Below, piece after piece: positions 30,517-40,640 of a stretch of DNA of 64,000 nucleotides; position 1 is the first letter of the stretch, and every line of letters begins with the position of its first letter. This DNA is from Salinispira sp. (GTDB taxonomy: Bacteria; Spirochaetota; Spirochaetia; DSM-27196; Salinispiraceae). The notes beneath the pieces were generated by a model that was given only the letters and a program-made list of their open reading frames with translations, was not told where the DNA came from and searched no databases. Made by a program: the position numbers and the translations under genes. Where the stretch lies: the NCBI GenBank assembly GCA_965602015.1, contig OZ271918.1, forward strand, positions 1,984,001 to 2,048,000. Direction: 5' to 3'.

Positions 30517-31221
30517 ATGAATATGACATACGAAGAAATAATGATGACCTTTCCTGCGGCCAGTGACTATCTGTCCGCTGTGTATTTGATAGATCGGGAT
30601 CACGGTACTGTGGCCAACTCCAAACTTGCCGCCTGGCTTCATGTCAGCCGTCCGGCGGTCAGCCAAGCGGTAACCAGGCTCAAAAAGCTCGGGTTGATCA
30701 CCCAGGAACGCTATTCGGAAATTGTCCTGACTGACAGGGGCCGGGAGTTCGCCAGAAAAATGCTTCGCCGGCATTATCTTTTGGAACATTTTCTTATGAA
30801 TAATCTCAATATGTCCTGGCATGAAATAGATGAGGAAGCGAAGCGTCTTCAAAACAGCATTTCGGACAACTTCGAAGAGAAAATGTATCAGGTTCTTGGC
30901 AAACCCCTCACCTGCCCTCACGGGAATCCGATTCCCGGCGTAGATGGAGAGGAGGAAATTCTCGCAGCCCCTCCGCTAAGCAGCGCTGACGAGGGCAGCA
31001 GAGTCCGTTTTATAAGGATAACCGAGGAAGGGGAAGAGTACGAGGGCTTGCTGGATTACGTGTATGAGCACGACGTAAACCTGGAATATGAGTTTGATAT
31101 TCTCGGAAAAAATGACGAGGGAATTTCCGTACGGGTCTACTCGCCGGACGGCAATACCGCCCACGAACAGCTTTTGATCCCCGCACAATATACCGGGTAT
31201 TTAACCTGGGTCCCCGCATAG
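30517..31221 (+). CDS. DtxR/MntR family metal-dependent regulator with FeoA/SH3-like tail
   Basis: DYLSAVY, VSRPAVSQAVTRL, LTDRG, RRHYLLEHFL, TCPHGNPIP; start uncertain (30511-30523). Confidence 0.92.
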   Translation: MNMTYEEIMMTFPAASDYLSAVYLIDRDHGTVANSKLAAWLHVSRPAVSQAVTRLKKLGLITQERYSEIVLTDRGREFARKMLRRHYLLEHFLMNNLNMSWHEIDEEAKRLQNSISDNFEEKMYQVLGKPLTCPHGNPIPGVDGEEEILAAPPLSSADEGSRVRFIRITEEGEEYEGLLDYVYEHDVNLEYEFDILGKNDEGISVRVYSPDGNTAHEQLLIPAQYTGYLTWVPA

Positions 31222-31249
31222 ACCGGCAATAGGAATAGCGGCCGGGGAC

Positions 31250-32245
31250 CTATCTTCCCCGGCTCACTCCATTTACCACGTTGACCGGTGCACCATCCTT
31301 CCACGCACGGACATTTTCGATGGCAATTTTAACCGCGCGGCTGCGGGCTTCAATGCTGGCCCAGGCAATGTGCGGAGTGAATATCGTCTTGGGATGGTGA
31401 ATAAGCGGCGATCCTGACTTCGGAGGTTCTTCGCGGTACACGTCCGCCGCGTACCAGGACAGGTTGCCGTCATCAAGGGCATCGAGGACCGCATCGTCAT
31501 TGACCAGGGCTCCCCGTGCGGTGTTGATCAGCACCGAACCTTTTTTGCATCTGGATAGAAGGCGCTCGTCAAAGAGATTGCCCGTCGCCTCGGTGAGGGG
31601 GATATTCAGACTGATAAAATCGGATTCGGCAACCATATCTTCCAGCGGAATTACTTCCACAGCCCCCCGGTCAACATCGGCCTTTGCCTGGCGAGGAGGT
31701 GATCCGTCTCCCTTGGCTGAAGTAAGTACCCGCATTCCAAAAACCCGGGCGATATCTGCGATTCTCCGGCCAATGTCGCCATAGCCCACTACGCCGAGGG
31801 TTTTTCCCGTGAGCTCGATGGGAATAGTCCTCAGGTAACTGAAGTCCCGGGATGTCTCCCAATCGCCATTTTTTACCGATCGGTTATAATCATCAACATC
31901 ATTGCACACCTTCAGAATAAAGGCGAACACCGATTGGGCCACCGAATCCCGTGAATAGCCGGGGATGTTTGTTACCGGCAGCTCGAGCTGCTTTGCATAT
32001 GAAAGGTCGATATTGTTTGTCCCGGTGGCCAGAACCCCGATGTATTTCAGGCGGGTCAACAGGTCCATCATGTCCCTGCCGATGGGGACCTTGTTGGTAA
32101 GGATGACCTCGGCGTCGGAAGCCTTTTCTACGACTTCGGATGGCTGCATGCGGGGAAAAACCTTCAGCGACCCGAGCTGTTCCAGCGGACTCCAGCTGAG
32201 ATCCCCGGGATTCATGGTGTAACCGTCTAAAATGGCAATCTTCAT
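31250..32245 (-). CDS. D-2-hydroxyacid dehydrogenase (glycerate dehydrogenase/HprA-like)
   Basis: LDGYTMNPGDL, GYGDIG, INTARG, DVYREEPP, TPHIAW. Confidence 0.93.
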   Translation of the reverse strand: MKIAILDGYTMNPGDLSWSPLEQLGSLKVFPRMQPSEVVEKASDAEVILTNKVPIGRDMMDLLTRLKYIGVLATGTNNIDLSYAKQLELPVTNIPGYSRDSVAQSVFAFILKVCNDVDDYNRSVKNGDWETSRDFSYLRTIPIELTGKTLGVVGYGDIGRRIADIARVFGMRVLTSAKGDGSPPRQAKADVDRGAVEVIPLEDMVAESDFISLNIPLTEATGNLFDERLLSRCKKGSVLINTARGALVNDDAVLDALDDGNLSWYAADVYREEPPKSGSPLIHHPKTIFTPHIAWASIEARSRAVKIAIENVRAWKDGAPVNVVNGVSRGR

Positions 32246-32322
32246 GTTTTTAATATGCAGTTTCACCGAAAAACTGTCCAGAAAATATCGCAGGAGAATT
32301 TGAGCTATGCTATACTAGGGCC

Positions 32323-32565
32323 ATGCCGAAGCTTCATGACCTGTGCCAGCAATTCTGGGAAGAGATGACTTCCGCCTCCTCCCCCGAAGGCCAAACCCGC
32401 AGCGCGGAAGAAATTGTCGATATCGCCTACGCCTATCTTCAGAGGCACATCCCGAGGGACGCCGATGTCCTTCGCCGTCATCTTCTTATTCTTGCCAAAG
32501 AGATGAACATTGACGGCACGAGCTACGACAATATCGAACAGCTCACAGAGAGCCTTTTCGGCTAA
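32323..32565 (+). CDS. Small hypothetical protein (80 aa)
   Basis: Fills an intergenic gap; extended -10 (TGCTATACT) 6 nt before ATG. Confidence 0.7.
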   Translation: MPKLHDLCQQFWEEMTSASSPEGQTRSAEEIVDIAYAYLQRHIPRDADVLRRHLLILAKEMNIDGTSYDNIEQLTESLFG

Positions 32566-32651
32566 TAGAAACCCGGTAAAACCTCCCCTTGCACAACGGC
32601 GACCGTCGGGGTAGATTGTCCTGTCTTTGTATATTTATGCAGGAGTCGTGA

Positions 32652-34487
32652 ATGCCCCGATTGCGAAGCAGCACTAACACCCTCGGCAGGAATATGGCCG
32701 GCGCCCGTTCCCTCTGGCGGGCCAACGGCATGGAATCAGATCAGTTCGGAAAACCCATCATTGCCATAGCCAATTCATTTACCCAGTTTGTTCCCGGGCA
32801 TGCCCATCTTCACAGTATTGGTCAGCGGGTAAAGTCGATCATCGAGAAATCCGGCTGTTTTGCTGCGGAATTTAACACAATAGCGGTAGACGACGGCATC
32901 GCAATGGGGCATGAAGGCATGCTCTACTCCCTGCCGAGCAGGGAAATTATCGCCGACAGCGTAGAATACATGGTTAACGCCCATTGTGCCGATGCCCTTG
33001 TATGCATTTCCAATTGCGACAAAATCACACCGGGAATGCTCATGGCGGCAATGCGCTTAAACATCCCCGCAATCTTTGTCAGCGGAGGACCCATGGAAGC
33101 TGGAAGGGTCGGCGATGAGCGTTATGATCTGGTGGATGTGATGGTCATGGGTCCGGATTCCAGCGTAAGCGACCGGCAGTTATCGATAGTAGAAGAAAAC
33201 GCCTGCCCCACCTGTGGAAGCTGCTCGGGAATGTTCACCGCGAACAGCATGAACTGTCTCAACGAAGCCCTTGGACTGGCGCTTCCGGGGAACGGCACTG
33301 TTTTGGCTACCCACCGGGAGCGCCTTGGGCTGTTCGATAAGGCTGCCGAACGCATTGTCGAGCTGGCGCAGGAGTATTACTTCAACGACAATGAAGCCGT
33401 TCTCCCCCGCAGCATTGCCAGCCGGAGGGCATTCCTCAATGCCATGAGTCTTGATATTGCCATGGGCGGCAGCACCAATACGGTGCTGCATCTTTTGGCA
33501 ATCGCACGGGAAGGCGGGGTCGATTTTACAATGGAAGATATCGATGAGCTGAGCCGGAAGGTGCCTTGTATCTGCAAGGTCAGCCCCAACAGCAGATATC
33601 ATATAGAAGACGTTCACCGGGCCGGCGGAATAATGGGCATTCTCGGTGAACTTAACAGGGGGGGACTTATCGATACCTCGGCTGGCAGGGTTGATTTTCC
33701 GAACCTGGCAGCAGCCCTGGCAAACTTTGACCTTGTATCGGGCAATGGGCTGGCCGGTAAAGAAATACAGAATTTCTATTCCGCTGCCCCGGGCGGCGTA
33801 AAAAACCTTACAATGGGCAGTCAGGACTCACAATTCCGCGAGCTGGATCTGGACAGGAAGAACGGCTGCGTGCGAAGCGTGGACAATGCATACTACCCCG
33901 ACGGCGGCCTGGCTGTTCTATCGGGAAACTTGGCTGAGAACGGTTCCATTGTGAAGACTGCCGGAGTCGATAAAAGCATTTTCACGTTTTCCGGACCTGC
34001 AGTGGTATTTGAAAGCCAGGAGGATGCCATCGCCGGAATTCTCAACGGCGCAGTCGCCGCCGGAGATGTGGTTATTATCCGCTATGAAGGTCCGAAGGGC
34101 GGCCCGGGGATGCAGGAAATGCTGTATCCTACCAGCTATCTAAAAAGCATGAAACTCGGGAAAAGCTGCGCGCTTATTACCGACGGCAGATTTTCCGGAG
34201 GAACCAGCGGCCTCTCCATCGGACACGTGAGCCCCGAAGCCGCAGCCGGAGGAGTTATCGCCCTGGTCGAAAATGGCGACCGGGTAATCATCGACATTCC
34301 CCGGCGAACCCTTGCCCTGGACATCGGCGACAATGTCCTTGAGGAACGCCGCCGGGCTCAGCTGGCGCGGGGCAAGGCAGCCTGGACGCCCTTGAATAGA
34401 AGCAGAACGGTAAGCCGGGCGTTGCAGATTTACGCTCAACACGCCACAAGCGCAGACCAGGGCGCCTTTCGTGAGGTAGGCTTTTGA
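32652..34487 (+). CDS. ilvD: Dihydroxy-acid dehydratase
   Basis: [53 protein letters not shown]. Confidence 0.98.
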   Translation: MPRLRSSTNTLGRNMAGARSLWRANGMESDQFGKPIIAIANSFTQFVPGHAHLHSIGQRVKSIIEKSGCFAAEFNTIAVDDGIAMGHEGMLYSLPSREIIADSVEYMVNAHCADALVCISNCDKITPGMLMAAMRLNIPAIFVSGGPMEAGRVGDERYDLVDVMVMGPDSSVSDRQLSIVEENACPTCGSCSGMFTANSMNCLNEALGLALPGNGTVLATHRERLGLFDKAAERIVELAQEYYFNDNEAVLPRSIASRRAFLNAMSLDIAMGGSTNTVLHLLAIAREGGVDFTMEDIDELSRKVPCICKVSPNSRYHIEDVHRAGGIMGILGELNRGGLIDTSAGRVDFPNLAAALANFDLVSGNGLAGKEIQNFYSAAPGGVKNLTMGSQDSQFRELDLDRKNGCVRSVDNAYYPDGGLAVLSGNLAENGSIVKTAGVDKSIFTFSGPAVVFESQEDAIAGILNGAVAAGDVVIIRYEGPKGGPGMQEMLYPTSYLKSMKLGKSCALITDGRFSGGTSGLSIGHVSPEAAAGGVIALVENGDRVIIDIPRRTLALDIGDNVLEERRRAQLARGKAAWTPLNRSRTVSRALQIYAQHATSADQGAFREVGF

Positions 34488-35842
34488 GTACAGCGGTCTA
34501 TCTTGAACAGCCCTATAAACAGACCCTCACGGCCCGCATCGTAAAAACCCTGCATTTGCCGACGTTTCAGCCTCCCCGCACGGGCATCATTCTGGATAAA
34601 ACGATTTTCTATCCTGAAGGCGGCGGCCAACCCGGCGATCGGGGTATGCTCGGCGATCATCCCATACTGGACACAAAAAAAGCCGGTGAACTGGGAATTC
34701 CTGCGGAAGAGTCGGCAGCCGATGAAATCATTCATATAATCGCGCTTAACGGCCTGACCCGGGGGGGCAGCGAGGTCGAGCTCCGGCTGGACTGGGCTCG
34801 TCGCTTCGACTTCATGCAACAGCACAGCGGGCAACATCTTCTGTCGGCAGCCTTCTGGCATATCGGAAAGTATCCCACGGTCTCGGTTCATCAGGGCGAA
34901 GAGTATACAACCATCGAATTTGAAGCCGGGGACATCCCCGACCGTGATATTATCCGGGCATGCGAACTGGCAAATGCCGCCATCCTCGCTGATCTTCCCA
35001 TCGTCTCGCGAACGGTCAGCCGAGAGCAACTGGAAGAGCTCTCCCTGCGCCGCGACGTTAAGGTCAGTGATAACATCAGGATATTGGAAATAGGAGCCGC
35101 CGGTGATACGGGTAATGCCTCCGCAGCCGACTCGAAGGCGATTCTCCATGGACTTCATTACGACGGATTCTCACTGCCCCTTCCCTTCGACAGGGTTGGC
35201 TGTGGGGGAGTTCATTGCCGCAGAACCGGAGAAATACGGCTAATTCAGCATGTAAAAACCGAAAGAATTCGCGGCAGGGTCCGGCTGTACTGGAAAATCG
35301 GAAACCGCGCTCTGGTTGATTACGATCTGAAGCACCGCATTTCCGATAATCTGGTGACCCTTCTCAGCAGGTCGGTACCCGACCTGCCCGACAGGGTGGC
35401 ACAAATGAGCGAAGAAATCGCTTCGCTGCGAAAACAGGTCAGGGACCTGCAGCGCTCAGCCGTTTACCAAAGATTAGACGAGGCATTCGCCCGGGATAAC
35501 AAAGCGCTGTACCTTCAGGACGCGGACATGAACCTCCTGAGAGATTCGGTAAAACGACTGCAAAAACAAGGCGTTACCCAAGGGTTGTTGTGCGCAACCC
35601 ATCGGGATGAGCCGGGCAAGATTTTCTGGTGCCTCTTATGGGACGATGAACCTCCGCTTGATTTCCCCAAACTCAAAAAAGAGATTCTGGATCCCCAGGA
35701 CGCCCGCGGCGGAGGCAAGGCGCCGCTCTGGCAGGGCAGCATTACGCTGGCCGATGATTCAGGAAGGCATCCGACACATGATCTGCTGGAGGAGCGCGCC
35801 AAGGCTTTTCTTTCGCAACTGCAGGCCGCAGTCATTCGCTAA
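34484..35842 (+). CDS. Alanyl-tRNA editing protein (AlaX) with DHHA1-like tail
   Basis: [21 protein letters not shown] (HxxxH), CGGVH (CxxxH), RGGGK; TTG start overlaps ilvD stop. Confidence 0.9.
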   Translation: MSTAVYLEQPYKQTLTARIVKTLHLPTFQPPRTGIILDKTIFYPEGGGQPGDRGMLGDHPILDTKKAGELGIPAEESAADEIIHIIALNGLTRGGSEVELRLDWARRFDFMQQHSGQHLLSAAFWHIGKYPTVSVHQGEEYTTIEFEAGDIPDRDIIRACELANAAILADLPIVSRTVSREQLEELSLRRDVKVSDNIRILEIGAAGDTGNASAADSKAILHGLHYDGFSLPLPFDRVGCGGVHCRRTGEIRLIQHVKTERIRGRVRLYWKIGNRALVDYDLKHRISDNLVTLLSRSVPDLPDRVAQMSEEIASLRKQVRDLQRSAVYQRLDEAFARDNKALYLQDADMNLLRDSVKRLQKQGVTQGLLCATHRDEPGKIFWCLLWDDEPPLDFPKLKKEILDPQDARGGGKAPLWQGSITLADDSGRHPTHDLLEERAKAFLSQLQAAVIR

Positions 35843-35889
35843 CACATCACCTGCAAACAGACAACCCGCGCTGTGTTGTATTCCGCATA

Positions 35890-36048
35890 CTAATCGAGCA
35901 TATCGAAAAAAGACTTGTCCTGGTAACAAATAGGACAGGTCCAATCCTCCGGGAGGTCCTCAAATTCCGTCCCCCCTTCAATTCCACCCTCCGGATCCCC
36001 GGTTTCCGGGTCGTATATGTACCCGCAATTTGAGCAGATATATCTCAT
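35890..36048 (-). CDS. Rubredoxin (52 aa; missing from ORF track)
   Basis: Manual translation [52 protein letters not shown]; two CxxC motifs; GGAGG SD. Confidence 0.96.
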   Translation of the reverse strand: MRYICSNCGYIYDPETGDPEGGIEGGTEFEDLPEDWTCPICYQDKSFFDMLD

Positions 36049-36142
36049 TTTGATCCTCCAAAAATGCGCTAAAAATTTTTATCTTCACTGCACCCTTCAG
36101 GCCAGCATTATTTCCTCAAATCATACCTGAGTCCCGACGGGG

Positions 36143-39100
36143 TTATTCAACATTAAAATACTTCGCCTGGGGGTGATGAACCACAAAGGCGCTAGTTGTC
36201 TGTTCGGGTACCATTTGCTCCTCATCGCTTACGGTGACCCCAATGAGGGAGCTGTCCAGAATTTCACAGAGCACCCGGTTTTGGGCAAGATCAGGACATG
36301 CGGGGTACCCGAAGCTGTAGCGGCTCCCCCGGTATTTTTGGATGACAAAGTCCTGTATACCTTCCCCGTCCTCCTCGGTAATTCCGAGTTCCTGACGAAC
36401 CTTCAAATGCCAGTACTCCGCAAGTGCCTCGGCGGTTTCCACGCTCAATCCGTGAAAAAGCAGGTAATCCTTGTACTCGTTAGCTTCATACAGGTTCTTG
36501 TTGTGGTCGTGGGCGGCCATACCGACGGTGGCTATCTGAAGAGCTATGATGTCTTTCACTCCGCTCTCAAGGGGAAGGAAGTAATCCGCAATGCACTGCC
36601 GCGGAGCCTCCGGTTGCCTGGGAAATGAGAATCTGGCTAACTCTTCTTCGCTTCCCGGCCGGTACATAATCACGTCATTTCCGTCGGAGTTGCACTGGTA
36701 ATACCCGTATATCACCTTGGGCTCCAGCAATTGCCGGGAACGGGCGTCGGCTTTGAGGGCTTCAAACTCCGGGCGGACGGTGTTCTCTATGAGGTCTTCA
36801 TATTCCTCTTTGCTGAGCTTTCCCCGCCGGTATCCCCAGCGGCCGCGGAACAGCACCTCCTCAGTGAGATAATCGTAGACCAGATCGAGATCAATGCCCT
36901 CCACCACCTTGTTGCCAAAAAACGGAGCTTCGGGGATAACAACGCTGCGGTCAACCTCTATTCGCTCGGGTCCATCCTGTTTGATTCTGGGCCGGGGTGC
37001 GGGACGGTTGGCCCGCTTTTCCCGCTCAGCTGCGACAAAATCATCGAGTTGTTTATCCTTAATGAGATTCATCGCCCGCAGGCCGGCAAAAGCATCCGCA
37101 CAGTAGACAACCGGGGCATCAAGTACTGCGCCGCAGGTTTCCCAGACGTAGGAAGGCGTCAATGCGGCGCCTCCCAGGAGCACCGGTATGTCTATTTTCC
37201 TCCGTTGAAGTTCCTCCAGATTTTCCTTCATGATTATTGTCGATTTAACCAGCAGTCCGCTCATGCCAATGGCATCGGCTTTGACTTCCTCGGCCTTCCG
37301 GATAATCGTATCGATTTCGCATTTGATTCCCAGGTTGTGAACTTTGAAGCCGTTGTTGCTCAGGATGATGTCCACGAGATTCTTGCCGATATCGTGCACG
37401 TCTCCCCGGACCGTGGCGAGTACAATGCTTTTTTGCTCGCTGCTATCTTTCTTCTCCATGTGAGGCTCGAGAAAATCCACCGAATACTTCATCACTTCCG
37501 CGGATTGAAGGACAAAGGGAAGCTGCATCTTTCCGTCACCAAAAAGCCGGCCGACCACCTTCATGGCGGGAATAAGCATGCCGTTTATAATCTCGATAGG
37601 ACCGTGGTTTTCCAGCGCCCGGGCCAGCAGCTCCTGCATTCCCCCCTTGGACCCCTGGACAATCTTCTTGCCGATCCGTTCATCAAGGGGGAGGGATTCG
37701 TCGGCCGAGTCATCGGCATCGACGGTTATTCCCGCCCGCTGGGCAAAGTATGCGATAAACTGAAAAAGAGGAGTTTTTCCCTCCGGCGCCGAGTCCGATT
37801 GGTCCATTTTGTTGTAAATAAGATTCCGGGCTACCTGAATATCCTGCTCCTCCAGGTTTGCCAGGGGAAGAATATGCCGGAGGTTGACAATTGCCATATC
37901 GAGCCCCGCTTCCACCGCATCGGCCAGGAAAACGGAATTCAAAACCCGACGGCTGGCCGGGGAGAGGCCAAAGCTCACATTACTCAGCCCGAGCACCGTG
38001 CTTACACCGGGAATTGAATTTTTAATGAGGCGAATTCCTTCGAGGGTGGCCATTGCCGATTCGGTCATGGACTCATCCCCTGCCCCGAGGGTAAAGGTCA
38101 GCGGGTCAAAAATGAGATCCTCGGGTTTCAACCCGTGCTCGGTCACTGCTATTGCATAAATCCGCTGGGCTATCGACAGCTTCCGCTCGGGTTCCCTGGC
38201 CATTCCCTGTTCATCGATTGTCAGGGCAATCAAGGCCGCACCATAGCGCTTGGCGAGGGTGCAGACCCGGTGTGCCCTATCCTCCCCGTCCTCAAGGTTT
38301 ATGGAATTGATAATGGCCCGCCCGCCGTACATTTGCAGGGCACGCTCCATCACCGGCAACTCGGTACTGTCAATCACCAACGGCAGGGGTATCTGGGTTA
38401 CCATCCGCTTCATGGTCTCGCTGATATCTCGTACCTCGTCCCGTCCGGTGTAGGCTACGCAGAGATCAAGGGCATGAACGCCGCTGTGAACCTGCTCCCG
38501 GGCCACATCAACCAGACCGTCCCAATTCTCCTCGAGCAGTAGTTCCCGGAACTTCTTCGAACCGTTGGTATTCGTTCGTTCGCCGATAAAAAACGGGGAA
38601 TTTTCCTGTCTCAGACTTTGGGCGGAAAAAATTCCCGCGACCGACGCGGGAAAGGACGGCTCCTTGACTGCGGGCCCCCAGGAGGAATCCGCCTCCCGGC
38701 GGCGGGTGATTTCATCCGCGAGGGCCTTTATGAACCGGGGATCGGTTCCGCAGCAGCCCCCCACAATGGAAACCCCGTCTTCTTCGATGAAACCCGTCAT
38801 TTCGGTCACATACTCGTCAATCGGAAGGGTGTATTGCAGCTCTCCCCCTACGTTTTGGGGCAGTCCGGCATTGGGATACACCGAGATCGGAAGGGGGCTG
38901 ATTTGGCTGAGCTGTCGGACGTAATTTTTCATATCGGCTGGACCGGTAGCGCAGTTCATGCCCAGGGTGTCTATTCCAAGGGGAGAAATTGCGGCAAACA
39001 CCGCCGGCAGCTCGCTTCCCACTAATAATGTGCCGGTTGTCTCCACGGTGAATGAAACCATGAGGGGAACATCCATTCCCAGGGCTTCCATTTCATCCTG

Positions 39101-39613
39101 GGCTGCCAGGACAGCGCACTTTATCTGGAGGGGATCCTGGCAGGTCTCTATAAGCAGGGCGTCGACGCCACCCTCCAGGAGACCGCCGGCATGATCCCGG
39201 TACGAGGCATACATGCTGTCCCAGTCTGTCTGATTGAGGCTGATAAGCTTGGTGCCTGGGCCCATGCAGCCGGCAACGTAACGGGGCTTTTCCGTACTTT
39301 GCCACTTGTCCGCAGCCCGACGGGCAATCTCCCCCGATAAGCGGCTGAGCTCCCTCGCCCGCTGAGAAATGCCGTACTCCGCAAGCACAATAGCATTTGA
39401 GCCAAAACTGTTGGTTTCCACGATGTCGCTGCCTGCGGCAAAATAATTCTCGTGTATCTGCTGTATTTTTTCGGGTATGCTGACATTGAGTATCTCGCTG
39501 CAGCCCAGCAATCCCTGGTAATCCTCGTCGCTGGGTTCAAGGGCGTGAAGCTGGGTACCCATGGCGCCGTCAAACAGGACTATGCCGTTTTGTATTTTTT
39601 CTCGGAATTTCAT
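36143..39613 (-). CDS. metH: Cobalamin-dependent methionine synthase
   Basis: DGAMGT, GMNCATG, GGCCGT, IGERTNTNGS, GDVHDIGKNLV, RYSFGYPACPD. Confidence 0.98.
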   Translation of the reverse strand: MKFREKIQNGIVLFDGAMGTQLHALEPSDEDYQGLLGCSEILNVSIPEKIQQIHENYFAAGSDIVETNSFGSNAIVLAEYGISQRARELSRLSGEIARRAADKWQSTEKPRYVAGCMGPGTKLISLNQTDWDSMYASYRDHAGGLLEGGVDALLIETCQDPLQIKCAVLAAQDEMEALGMDVPLMVSFTVETTGTLLVGSELPAVFAAISPLGIDTLGMNCATGPADMKNYVRQLSQISPLPISVYPNAGLPQNVGGELQYTLPIDEYVTEMTGFIEEDGVSIVGGCCGTDPRFIKALADEITRRREADSSWGPAVKEPSFPASVAGIFSAQSLRQENSPFFIGERTNTNGSKKFRELLLEENWDGLVDVAREQVHSGVHALDLCVAYTGRDEVRDISETMKRMVTQIPLPLVIDSTELPVMERALQMYGGRAIINSINLEDGEDRAHRVCTLAKRYGAALIALTIDEQGMAREPERKLSIAQRIYAIAVTEHGLKPEDLIFDPLTFTLGAGDESMTESAMATLEGIRLIKNSIPGVSTVLGLSNVSFGLSPASRRVLNSVFLADAVEAGLDMAIVNLRHILPLANLEEQDIQVARNLIYNKMDQSDSAPEGKTPLFQFIAYFAQRAGITVDADDSADESLPLDERIGKKIVQGSKGGMQELLARALENHGPIEIINGMLIPAMKVVGRLFGDGKMQLPFVLQSAEVMKYSVDFLEPHMEKKDSSEQKSIVLATVRGDVHDIGKNLVDIILSNNGFKVHNLGIKCEIDTIIRKAEEVKADAIGMSGLLVKSTIIMKENLEELQRRKIDIPVLLGGAALTPSYVWETCGAVLDAPVVYCADAFAGLRAMNLIKDKQLDDFVAAEREKRANRPAPRPRIKQDGPERIEVDRSVVIPEAPFFGNKVVEGIDLDLVYDYLTEEVLFRGRWGYRRGKLSKEEYEDLIENTVRPEFEALKADARSRQLLEPKVIYGYYQCNSDGNDVIMYRPGSEEELARFSFPRQPEAPRQCIADYFLPLESGVKDIIALQIATVGMAAHDHNKNLYEANEYKDYLLFHGLSVETAEALAEYWHLKVRQELGITEEDGEGIQDFVIQKYRGSRYSFGYPACPDLAQNRVLCEILDSSLIGVTVSDEEQMVPEQTTSAFVVHHPQAKYFNVE

Positions 39614-39769
39614 CCTACCACCTGCATAATTATAGAGATATCAATATATCGCGATTTATCGTTGTATTCAAGAGCCCACAGCATCCCGGCTTTACTGGAC
39701 ACATGACCCAACATTCCGTATAACATACGTATCATATGCCGACGCATACAAGCAATCCTGGAGGATATT

Positions 39770-40576
39770 GTGAAGGATCCGCGGAGAATAATCTGCATAC
39801 ACGGATATGGAGTCCGGGGCTTTTTCTGGACACCAATCAAGCTGGAACTGGAGCGGTATTTCCAGCACGTAATTACTCCGGACCTCACCATGCAGGACAT
39901 CCCAAGCGCCATATCGGAAGTAAAGCAGCTGGCAAGAGTTCATGCCCAGGAATCGGGCCATCCGGTGATTCTGTTCGGTCATAGTCTCGGCGGCATACTT
40001 TCGGCCATGGCCGGAATGCAAATGAATGACGGAGAAATAGACAGCCTGATAATCATGGCATCCCCATACGGCGAACGAAGAAAGGGAATGCACCCCATAG
40101 TAAAGTTTATGTTGAAATTTCGGCTCATTCCCGGATGGGCTGTTCGTTCCCAGTTCTTCGGGAAAAGGACGCCTGAAAAACTCAAGCGGGAACTGTTTGA
40201 TAATGCGGTTCCCGAATCCCTCTCGGTTCAGGAGGCAGTTGCCGAACCGAAGTGGTTTCACACCGACGAACTGCGGCTGCCGGTGCTTCACAAGGTTCTC
40301 GGCCTGGCGAGCGAAGCAGACCGTATAGTATCTGCCGCCGAGACCCAGAAATTCACCGAGGCTCTGGGTGGCAGCTTTACCCTCTTTCCCCGGGATCTTG
40401 ATATCGGACATGATGACTTCACCGTATTTGAACCTGCAATTCAGGAAGTTATCCGCGTCCTTATACCCTTTCTCGGCCTGAGGCTTCGGGAAGAGCATAA
40501 AAACTCAAAGGCGGCACCCGGGGAAAGTCTTTTTACCGGCGAAGACGACGGCGATTCCATCGTAATGAAGCGATAG
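39770..40576 (+). CDS. Alpha/beta hydrolase (lipase/esterase-like)
   Basis: IHGYG, GHSLGG nucleophile elbow, D (ADRIV), H (IGHD). Confidence 0.88.
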   Translation: MKDPRRIICIHGYGVRGFFWTPIKLELERYFQHVITPDLTMQDIPSAISEVKQLARVHAQESGHPVILFGHSLGGILSAMAGMQMNDGEIDSLIIMASPYGERRKGMHPIVKFMLKFRLIPGWAVRSQFFGKRTPEKLKRELFDNAVPESLSVQEAVAEPKWFHTDELRLPVLHKVLGLASEADRIVSAAETQKFTEALGGSFTLFPRDLDIGHDDFTVFEPAIQEVIRVLIPFLGLRLREEHKNSKAAPGESLFTGEDDGDSIVMKR

Positions 40577-40640
40577 TCCCCCGGTTTCGGGCCCCCAAAT
40601 AAACCATTTCCGGACGCTCCTTGGAGGCTCTTCCCCGGAA

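Noticed and set aside
36731..38017. 428-aa plus-strand ORF
   Set aside because: Antisense shadow of metH with no protein motifs.
39614..39769. SAM or cobalamin riboswitch upstream of metH (also checked upstream of nrdJ)
   Set aside because: No recognisable conserved motifs; a TATAAT lies only ~15 nt before the metH start, leaving no room.
39692..40498. 268-aa minus-strand ORF
   Set aside because: Antisense shadow of the alpha/beta hydrolase, which has a complete catalytic motif set.
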